Shown here piece after piece: positions 9,597 through 16,855 of a stretch of 64,000 bases of DNA; the stretch's first letter is position 1, and each line of letters opens with the position of its first letter. Where the stretch lies: contig JACRKZ010000059.1 in NCBI GenBank assembly GCA_016235455.1, positions 1 through 64,000 on the forward strand, read 5' to 3'. The notes under the pieces were generated by a model. The model was not told the DNA's origin and did no database searches. It saw only the letters and a list, made by a program, of their open reading frames with translations. A program made the position numbers and the translations under genes. The DNA is from Armatimonadota bacterium (GTDB lineage Bacteria; Armatimonadota; UBA10988).

Positions 9597-10232
9597 CTAC
9601 CTGCCGTCGCGCCGGTCCAGCGCCGCCTTGAGCTCGGACTCCCGAACGGTGGTGGTCACGTCGCTAAGCGTGCGCTCGAAGACGCCGCGGACCATGTCGA
9701 GCCGCCGCTTGAGGCCATAGGTGATCGCGTCGGGGTAGTCGAAGCCGACCAGCAGGTCGTAGACCTCGCCGAGCGTGTCGACCAGCGCCTGCGCGCGGTC
9801 GAAGGCACCGTGGCGCAGTTCGTCGAGCACATAACGGCGCAGCTCGCCGCCGGCCTCGGCCAGTCCGCTGAGCCAGGGCGCAGGCTCGATGTCCAGGTCG
9901 GCCGGCGTGGGCACATCGCGGCCGGCGATGACAGCCAGCAGGAGCGCCGCCTCGGCGTGTTCCTTCTGCGCATCCAGCACGAACCCGGTCCAGTACACCG
10001 CGGGCGCGGCGCGCGAGGCGCTGTTCATGCTGTCGCACAGCCGCCGGCAGTCGGCCAGCAGCAGCTCGGCCTGGGGCAGTTCGCGGCGATGCACCGCGCG
10101 GATGGCGCTGGCCGCGGCGCGGGTCACTTCGCGCTGCAGGCGATAGGCTTCCTCGCGCGCGGCGTCGGTGGCGTCGAGCGCGGCGCGGGCGGTGTCGGCG
10201 ATGGCGGCGAGTTGCTCGGCCAGGCTGGCCAT
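9597..10232 (-). CDS. Translin/Trax family protein, 211 aa
   Basis: AREEAYRLQREV, AIRAVHR, QKEHAEA, GLAEAGGELRR; all-helical. Confidence 0.85.
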   Translation of the reverse strand: MASLAEQLAAIADTARAALDATDAAREEAYRLQREVTRAAASAIRAVHRRELPQAELLLADCRRLCDSMNSASRAAPAVYWTGFVLDAQKEHAEAALLLAVIAGRDVPTPADLDIEPAPWLSGLAEAGGELRRYVLDELRHGAFDRAQALVDTLGEVYDLLVGFDYPDAITYGLKRRLDMVRGVFERTLSDVTTTVRESELKAALDRRDGR

Positions 10233-10241
10233 GGGCGGCTC

Positions 10242-11228
10242 CTAGAGGTCGATGGGCGGCGCCAGGCGGCGTACCGCGCGGACCTGGCCGACGATCTCGC
10301 CGTGCAGGTTGCGGATCTCGGGTGCGACGTACTCGGCCAGATCGTCCGGCGTGGGCAGGCCCAGGTCGGCCAGGATGCTGAGCACCAGCGACGGTACGGC
10401 GCGATGGCTGCCGTCGCGCACCTTGAGTGCCAGGCCGATGCGGCGCTCGGGCAGGCCGAGACAGAAGACGCCCTCGGCCCCGTTCTTGGCCACCACCTCG
10501 GGCAGCGCGGCCATGAGCCGGACGTTGAACCCTTCGGGCGGGCCGACCAGCTCGGGGTGCGCGCGCATGGCCTGGCCCACGGGCGCCAGGTCGCCCTCGC
10601 ACAGGCGAGCGAAGGCGTGCGCCACACGCGGCAACGCCACCGCCCAGACCGGCACGCCGCAGCCGTCGACGCCGCTACCCAGCTCCGCTGACGCCAGGCC
10701 CATGACCCGCGCGAAGTCGGCGCGCAGGTGCCGCTGCAACGGGTGGTCGGGCTGCCGGTAGCCAGCCACCGGCCAGCCCTGCGCGAGGCAGGCGGCCATC
10801 ATGCCGGCATGTTTGCCTGAGCAGTTGCCGCAGATGCTGGTCGGCGCAGCGCCCCCCAAGGCGTCGCGGCCCGCGCGGGAGAGCGGTTCGTGACTGCCGC
10901 AGTCGAGCGCCGACTCATCGAGTCCGGCCAGGGCCAGCAGATCGCGCACGGCCGAAATCTGGTCGGGCGTGGCGCCATGGCTGGCGGCCATGATGGCCAG
11001 ATGGCGCGAGCCGGGCTCGACGCCTAGCCGGTCGAGGCCGAGCGCGAACGAGCCGGCGGCCTGGATCGGCTTGGCCGCGCTGCGTAGATAGACCGGCGCG
11101 AACGGGTTGCCCCACGTGGCCAGGATGCGGCCGGGCTGCGGTTCGTCGGCCAGCACTACGGCCAGGTCGGCTTCGTGCACGCTCTCCACGGTGTCACCGC
11201 GCCAGACTTCGGCGGCGATCTGCGTCAT
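10242..11228 (-). CDS. L-asparaginase II (Rhizobium AnsA-type) family
   Basis: RGDTVESVH, RSAAKPIQA, ASH, NCSGKHAG, DGCG, KNGAEG. Confidence 0.9.
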   Translation of the reverse strand: MTQIAAEVWRGDTVESVHEADLAVVLADEPQPGRILATWGNPFAPVYLRSAAKPIQAAGSFALGLDRLGVEPGSRHLAIMAASHGATPDQISAVRDLLALAGLDESALDCGSHEPLSRAGRDALGGAAPTSICGNCSGKHAGMMAACLAQGWPVAGYRQPDHPLQRHLRADFARVMGLASAELGSGVDGCGVPVWAVALPRVAHAFARLCEGDLAPVGQAMRAHPELVGPPEGFNVRLMAALPEVVAKNGAEGVFCLGLPERRIGLALKVRDGSHRAVPSLVLSILADLGLPTPDDLAEYVAPEIRNLHGEIVGQVRAVRRLAPPIDL

Positions 11229-12904
11229 GGTCTCACCTCGCGCCACATGCGGCGTACCAGGTCGAAGTCCTCGGGGTCGAGCGACTCGCCGGTCTGCTCC
11301 AGGTGCCGCGCATACGACAGCACGGGCACGCCGAGCTTGGGTCCCAGCTCAATGACCTCGCGCCAGGCATCGCGGCCCGGCGCATGCAGGTCCTGCACGG
11401 CCAGCAGCCAGTCGGGATGGGTTGATCGCGCCAGCAGGGCGCGGCGGCGCACCGCGTCGGCCACGCTGCGCCGGTCGGACCACAGCGAGCCGAGCGTGAC
11501 CATGTCGACCAGGTGCGCGTAGCAGGGGTTGACGGTTGGCGCGACGATCAGCGCCTCGGGCTTGACCGCGCGCGCCGAGCCGCGCACAAAGGTCAGCATG
11601 TCGTGCAGCCATTGACCGTCGGGCCAGCCGTTGTCACAGATGCGCAGCCCGTCCACGTCCAGCCCGTCGGGTCGCAGCAGGTCGCCCAGGAGTTCGTCGA
11701 TCCAGCGCCGGTAGTTCATGCTGAGCGGGTCGTGACCCAGATGCGCCGGCGCCTTCAGCCGCAACGGCCACGACACGACCACGCGGCGGCCCTCGTGGTG
11801 CTGCTCTGAGACGAACTCCTTGAGGTTGGGCCAGCGCGCGGGATCGGGCCGACCGGCGTTGTCGTCGGCCAACCACCCAGGCCCGAGCCAGACCTGGCTG
11901 GGGTTGAGCCCTTGCGTGCGCAGCAGGGCCAACGCGTCGCGGTAGACGGCCTGGGTGCACTCATCCTCCACGGCGCCCGAGCCCTGCAAGGCGTGTTGCT
12001 CGCCCGAGCCGTCGAAGATGGGGCCGCGCCACCAGTCGGGCGCCGGCGGGCGCTCGTCGGTACACAGGTCGCGCCGGCGCAGGCAGTCGACATAAGCCCG
12101 CAGCGCCGCCTCCTCGTCACGTGCGCCGATGTTGAAGACCAGTCCCGGCGAGCGCCACTTACCCGAAACGTCGAGGCTGGGGTAGTTCAGCTCGAAACCG
12201 ATGGTCTCGCCGCCGCGGAAGGCGAAGCTGGTGAAGCCGAGTTGCGTGCGGCTCGGCGCCAGGCCGGCCAGGGCCCACGGTTGGCCGGCGCCGAGATCGA
12301 AGGCGAAGGCCCACGGAGCCGGCAGGAACGAGTCGAGCCCGCCATGCCGACTCGGGTCGTCGGTCAGATCGATCTCGCTGTCTTCCCAGGTGCGCACGGC
12401 GTCCCGCTCGGCGGCGTTGGGCCGCGCGGTGACGATGCTCTCCGCCAGGCACCGCGAGCCGCGCGCCAGATCGCGGTACGGCCGCTCGTAGCCGGGGCGG
12501 AAGTAGCTGGCGCCCAGGCCGAGCATGTCCACATCGCGGGCCAGGAAGCCTTGGAACAGACGGCAGGTAGTGATGCGTCCGCTGCCTTCGACCTCGACCC
12601 AGTACTCGATGTCGGCATCGCGGCAGGCGAAGACATAGCGTTTGACGCCCCAGCGCGAGCTGCGCGTGGTGTAGGTGGCGACCAGCGTGTCGGCGCCTTC
12701 ACGCGTGAGGAACGGCGCGCCGGCGGGCTGCAGTTCGTCACGCCCTGTCAACGTGTCGACACTGCTGCCCAAGAACAGCTCGAACACGGGTCGGCCCGTG
12801 CCCGCGGCGAGCGAGACGACCCAAGGACGGTCCGCATCGAAAGCGAGGCAGTACGCGGGACCCGACAGCTCCAGCTTGCGCGCCGATTTCTGCACCCGCA
12901 CCAT
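11225..12904 (-). CDS. Clan GH-D (GH36/GH31/GH27)-like TIM-barrel protein, catalytic residues apparently lost
   Basis: PDWWRGPIF, PDPARWPNLKEFV..HHEGRRVVVSW, GLDVDGLRI. Start uncertain (12904 or 12916). Confidence 0.55.
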   Translation of the reverse strand: MVRVQKSARKLELSGPAYCLAFDADRPWVVSLAAGTGRPVFELFLGSSVDTLTGRDELQPAGAPFLTREGADTLVATYTTRSSRWGVKRYVFACRDADIEYWVEVEGSGRITTCRLFQGFLARDVDMLGLGASYFRPGYERPYRDLARGSRCLAESIVTARPNAAERDAVRTWEDSEIDLTDDPSRHGGLDSFLPAPWAFAFDLGAGQPWALAGLAPSRTQLGFTSFAFRGGETIGFELNYPSLDVSGKWRSPGLVFNIGARDEEAALRAYVDCLRRRDLCTDERPPAPDWWRGPIFDGSGEQHALQGSGAVEDECTQAVYRDALALLRTQGLNPSQVWLGPGWLADDNAGRPDPARWPNLKEFVSEQHHEGRRVVVSWPLRLKAPAHLGHDPLSMNYRRWIDELLGDLLRPDGLDVDGLRICDNGWPDGQWLHDMLTFVRGSARAVKPEALIVAPTVNPCYAHLVDMVTLGSLWSDRRSVADAVRRRALLARSTHPDWLLAVQDLHAPGRDAWREVIELGPKLGVPVLSYARHLEQTGESLDPEDFDLVRRMWREVRP

Positions 12905-12988
12905 GGCTCTGACCATCCTTCGCCGCGAGTGTAGTTCGCGGCGAGAAGCTGAGGCAAGTCCTGCTTCGCCGCGGTAGGCGAGGCCCAA

Positions 12989-13022
12989 AGCAAAACCCCC
13001 GGATCAGAACTGATCCGGGGGT
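12989..13022 (-). terminator. Rho-independent terminator after tRNA-Asp
   Basis: ACCCCCGGATCAG-AA-CTGATCCGGGGGT hairpin followed by a T-rich run on the minus strand. Confidence 0.85.
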
Positions 13023-13029
13023 CTGCTTA

Positions 13030-13103
13030 CGGAGCCGACGGGGCTCGAACCCGCGACCTCTGGCTTGACAGGCCAGCGTTCTAACCGACTGAACTACGGC
13101 TCC
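13030..13103 (-). tRNA. tRNA-Asp(GTC), CCA not encoded
   Basis: GGAGCCGTAGTTCAGTCGGTTAGAACGCTGGCCTGTCAAGCCAGAGGTCGCGGGTTCGAGCCCCGTCGGCTCCG folds as a cloverleaf. Confidence 0.97.
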
Positions 13104-13121
13104 TTGTCGGTGACGAAGCGG

Positions 13122-13150
13122 AGTATAGCGAGGCTTCGCTTTTGTGTCAA
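13122..13150 (-). promoter_or_regulatory. Sigma70 promoter of tRNA-Asp
   Basis: TTGACA-N17-TATACT. Confidence 0.85.
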
Positions 13151-13186
13151 CGGTCAGGCCGAATGCCTTCGGCCCGGCGAGCAACT

Positions 13187-13975
13187 TCAGGGGGCTGTCG
13201 ACGAATCGAGGCCAGTGAACTGGTCGAGATGCCAGGGGTAGAAGAACGTCACATCGGGGTCGTCGAGGTCGACTCCTAGGTGAGTGTGGGCGCCATCGTC
13301 ATCGATCAGTTCCAGCACGCGAACGCGCTCGGTCTCGTTGCGGAACCACTTGCGCTGGATGTCCTTGCGGCCTTCCCACGGCGTCAGCTCGAGGACGCGG
13401 TAGATCTTGCGCGGGCTGAGTGCCACCGAGGACTGCAGCGGACCGGCGAACTGCACGGCCACAATCTCTTCGTGGGTCATGATACGACCCTCGATCTCGG
13501 CCTCCCACTGGGCCACCAGGGCGTCTTCGTTGCCCTGCTCGGCGGCGTCGAACCAGTCTTCACTCTCGCAGTAGATGGTCAGGCCTTCGCTGTCGCCCAC
13601 AAACGGCTCGTACTGCGCATCGAGCACGATATTCTCGCCTGGCAGCGGCGACAGCGCCAGCTCGCGGCACAGGTTCGAGACATAGCTCAGGCCGTCGGCG
13701 TTGCCTACCAGAACGGGGCCCTCCTCCTCGTGGTAGTAGAAGCAGAGGCGGGCGCCCTCGGGCAGCGGCACGCGGTTGTGGACCACGGGCACCGCCATGG
13801 GCGATTGGCCGAGCCGTTCGGCGGCACGCAGCAGGAACAGATTGCACACATGCGATGTGCTCAACTGCTCCTCGGCGTAGCGCACGCAGAGGCGATACGC
13901 CCGCACGCGACCGAGCTCGGACTCGGCTTCCTGGCCGGCGAGGACGCGATCGATGAGATGGTCGACTTCTTCCAT
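13187..13975 (-). CDS. Acidic hypothetical protein with a central Imm32-like segment
   Basis: Coding-like ORF; VLVGNADGLSYVSNLCRELA...PGENIVLD...SEGLTIYCE. Confidence 0.6.
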   Translation of the reverse strand: MEEVDHLIDRVLAGQEAESELGRVRAYRLCVRYAEEQLSTSHVCNLFLLRAAERLGQSPMAVPVVHNRVPLPEGARLCFYYHEEEGPVLVGNADGLSYVSNLCRELALSPLPGENIVLDAQYEPFVGDSEGLTIYCESEDWFDAAEQGNEDALVAQWEAEIEGRIMTHEEIVAVQFAGPLQSSVALSPRKIYRVLELTPWEGRKDIQRKWFRNETERVRVLELIDDDGAHTHLGVDLDDPDVTFFYPWHLDQFTGLDSSTAP

Positions 13976-14065
13976 GCTTTGGTTGCTCGGCCGCGATTGT
14001 AGCATGGCGGGCGACAGGTCACATCACTCGCGCGTCTCACACCCCATGCCGCAAGCTCCGTCGCG

Positions 14066-14965
14066 TCACCAACTGTGGCGATGGCGGTCGAGCAGTCCGT
14101 TGGCGCCCGGGTCGAACCCGTCAGGAAAGCGCGTCGGCCGGCCGTGGTTGGCGCTGTACTGGGCGCCCTGGAAGAAGACGCCGTCGAGCAACGCGGAACT
14201 GAGGTCGGCGCCCGACAGGTCGGCCCCGCCCAGATTGGCCATCGACAGGTCGGCCCCGGCCAGGTTCGCGCCGATGAGCACCGCGCCGCTGAGGTTGGCC
14301 CCGCGCAGGCTGGCGCCGCTGAGTACCGCGTACTCCAGGACGGCGCCATGCAGGTCAGCCCAGCACAGCTCGGCGCCGCTGAAGTTGGCCTCGCGGGCGT
14401 CGGCCGCGCCCAGGTTGGCGCACGACAGGTTGGCGCCACTCAGGTCGGCTCCTTGCAGGCGGGCGCCCTGCAGCAGCGCGGCCTTGAGGCAGACTCGGGC
14501 CAGCACCACGCCGCGCAGGTCGGCCGATTGCAGGCCCAGACCAGTCAGATCGCGGCCGGACAGGTTGTCCATGGGACCATCGAGCGCCAACAGCCGCAGG
14601 ATCCGCCATCGTGCGTCGAGTCGTGTGGTGTCGTCCATGACCGCGCGTTGCAGGTCGACGCCTTCGAGCGTCGCGCCGCGCAGGTCGGTGCCGCGCAGGT
14701 CCGCGCCGCGCACGCGCGCTTCCCGCAGGTTGCAGCCGCGCAGATCCGTGCCCGCCAGGTTGGCGTTGACGAGGTCCGCGCCCTCCAGATTGAGCCCCGA
14801 TAGCCGCATGCCGCTCAGGTCGGTGCCGCACAGATACGGTAGGCGAGCCACGACGGCCTCACGAGTGAGGCGGTTGTCGCCAAGCGTATCCATGAGCACG
14901 CCCTCAGCTTCGGGCTGATCAGCGCCGTGCCCGGTGTCGCCGGGTCGATTGCCGGTTTGGTCCAT
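14066..14965 (-). CDS. Pentapeptide repeat protein
   Basis: Two blocks of A(D/N)LxG repeats; ends in TRFPDGFDP. Start may be 14893. Confidence 0.9.
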   Translation of the reverse strand: MDQTGNRPGDTGHGADQPEAEGVLMDTLGDNRLTREAVVARLPYLCGTDLSGMRLSGLNLEGADLVNANLAGTDLRGCNLREARVRGADLRGTDLRGATLEGVDLQRAVMDDTTRLDARWRILRLLALDGPMDNLSGRDLTGLGLQSADLRGVVLARVCLKAALLQGARLQGADLSGANLSCANLGAADAREANFSGAELCWADLHGAVLEYAVLSGASLRGANLSGAVLIGANLAGADLSMANLGGADLSGADLSSALLDGVFFQGAQYSANHGRPTRFPDGFDPGANGLLDRHRHSW

Positions 14966-15103
14966 GTTCCGATCAGATGATGGCGATCTGGCTATGAGAT
15001 GATGATGACGTTGGGCCCGTCGCCTGGAACCCTTAGCTCTAGCATACCCCGCCTGTGTGACCTGTACGCCTGCTGGGCAGTTACATTCGGGCGATCCGGC
15101 GGC

Positions 15104-16144
15104 TTACCTTCGTGTTTGGAGCATTTGGGCCACAACTCGGCTCACAATCTGGTCCAGATCGCCGCTGTCTCCTCGGGTCAGGGGAGTCGGCGGCGTGCGG
15201 TCGACCGCCGGTCCGGCGCAGAGCGAATCGTTCAACGGGCAGCCCAACTCGGCCAGATGCCGCGCCATCACCGCGCGGACCTGCGCCACATCGACTCGAC
15301 TCTCGGCGGCCAGCGGCGTGCGCGACAGGCCCATGTCGAATCCGCGGGTCTCGATGGCGGCTCTCATGCCCTCGGGGAACATGGCGCCGAAGACCGAGGT
15401 GCGGATCAGATCCAGCACGGCGTACTGCAACCGCACGGCTTCGCCCAGCCGGCCGTCCTGCACGGCGTTGTACATGCCGACGATGATCTCGGGCACCACG
15501 CCGGAGGTGGCCAGCGTGCCCCCGTCGCCGCCCATGAGCAGCGAGGGAACGAGGATCTCCTCGCAGCCGATCATGAATGAGAAGTCCGGCCGCAAGGGCC
15601 GCACCGCGGCAATGGTGTTGAGGAAACGCGGGAAGTCGCGGCTGCTGTCCTTGATACCGATGATGCGGGTGTGTTCGGCCAGGTCGCGCACCGTGTCGAC
15701 CGCGATCTCGTTGGCGAACTGGGGGATGTTGTACAGCACCAGGTCGATGGGGCTGTGCCGCGCCAACAACGTGAAGTGCTCGCGCACGTTGGGCTGGCTC
15801 ATCTTGAAGTAGTAAGGCGGAACCAGCGCCACGCAGTCGGCGCCGACCTGGGCGTAGTGCTCGCAGGCGGCCAGCGTCAGGTCGACGGTGGCCTCGGTGG
15901 CGCCAGCCATGACCACGGCGCGGCCGGCGGCCTGGTCAACGACGATCTCGACGATGCGGCGTCGCTCTTCGGCGGTGAACAGGGTGAACTCGCCACACGA
16001 GCCGTTGGGATAGAGGCCATGCACACCGCGGGCGATGAGCCACTCCACGAGCCGGCGCAGTTCGGACTCGTTGATGCGACCCCATGCATCGAGCGGGACC
16101 ATATGCGGGCAGAAGATGCCTTTGAGGCGCGGCGAGGCCGCCAT
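15104..16144 (-). CDS. DapA/NanA-family class I aldolase with a C-terminal amphipathic extension
   Basis: NGSCGE, YNIP, Schiff-base IKDSS; tail DLDQIVSRVVAQML after a Pro-rich linker. Confidence 0.88.
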   Translation of the reverse strand: MAASPRLKGIFCPHMVPLDAWGRINESELRRLVEWLIARGVHGLYPNGSCGEFTLFTAEERRRIVEIVVDQAAGRAVVMAGATEATVDLTLAACEHYAQVGADCVALVPPYYFKMSQPNVREHFTLLARHSPIDLVLYNIPQFANEIAVDTVRDLAEHTRIIGIKDSSRDFPRFLNTIAAVRPLRPDFSFMIGCEEILVPSLLMGGDGGTLATSGVVPEIIVGMYNAVQDGRLGEAVRLQYAVLDLIRTSVFGAMFPEGMRAAIETRGFDMGLSRTPLAAESRVDVAQVRAVMARHLAELGCPLNDSLCAGPAVDRTPPTPLTRGDSGDLDQIVSRVVAQMLQTRR

Positions 16145-16149
16145 AGCCG

Positions 16150-16701
16150 TCACTCCTTGTCTACCACGGCCGAGGCCAGGAAGAGCGCGCTCAGCGTCTT
16201 CGCGTCGCGGATCTCGCCGCGCCGGGCCATGGCCATGGCCTCCGCCCAAGCGATGGGCGCCACCTCGATCTGTTCGTCGAAGTCCTGCTCGAAGCCTTCC
16301 ACCGGGTACAGGTCGCGTGCGAGGAACGCCCAGATGACCTCGGTGGTGAACCCAGGCGTGGTGTAGAAACTGCCCAGCGCCGTCCACTCACGCGCGGCCA
16401 GGCCGGTCTCCTCGGCCAGTTCGCGTTGGGCGCAGGCCAGCGTGTCCTCGCCGACATGGTCGAGGGTGCCGGCAGGCGCCTCCAAGAGCTCCCCGCCGAC
16501 GCAGTAGCGCCACTGGCGGATCAGCACGACCTGGCCGGCGGCATTGATGGGCACGATGATGGTCGCGCCGGGGTGGCGGATCAGCTCGCGGCAGCTTTCC
16601 GTGCCGTCGGCCAGCCGCACCTGATCGACGTCCAGCTTGACCACGCGACCCTCGTAGACGCGCTCGCCACCAAGGCGTGTTTCCGGACCAACCTGGCTCA
16701 T
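16150..16701 (-). CDS. nudF: NUDIX hydrolase, ADP-ribose pyrophosphatase-like
   Basis: PAGTLD...AQRELAEETG Nudix box; RELIRHPGA, IRDAKT. Confidence 0.88.
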   Translation of the reverse strand: MSQVGPETRLGGERVYEGRVVKLDVDQVRLADGTESCRELIRHPGATIIVPINAAGQVVLIRQWRYCVGGELLEAPAGTLDHVGEDTLACAQRELAEETGLAAREWTALGSFYTTPGFTTEVIWAFLARDLYPVEGFEQDFDEQIEVAPIAWAEAMAMARRGEIRDAKTLSALFLASAVVDKE

Positions 16702-16808
16702 GCGGCGGAATCTCCCACGGGGCTCGGCGGCGCGGCCCGGCGCCTAGGATACCAAGGTCTGCGGCTCGTCGGCAATCGTTGTGACACGGATAGTTGACGT
16801 TCGCGCCC

Positions 16809-16837
16809 TTGACGGGGTAGGTCCCATGGCCTATGTT
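16809..16837 (+). promoter_or_regulatory. Putative sigma70 promoter of glgP
   Basis: TTGACG-N17-TATGTT. Confidence 0.55.
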
Positions 16838-16855
16838 GGCGCAAGGATGGTGCCT

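Noticed and set aside
13030-13103. tRNAs as integration sites of genomic islands
   Set aside because: No integrase, no duplicated tRNA 3' end and no clear compositional break seen for either tRNA.
14200-14830. 15-bp periodic DNA repeats
   Set aside because: Fully explained by pentapeptide-repeat coding.
15104-16144. Calling this gene dapA
   Set aside because: The GSCGE motif, the extra tail and the absence of lysine-pathway neighbours argue against it; symbol withheld.
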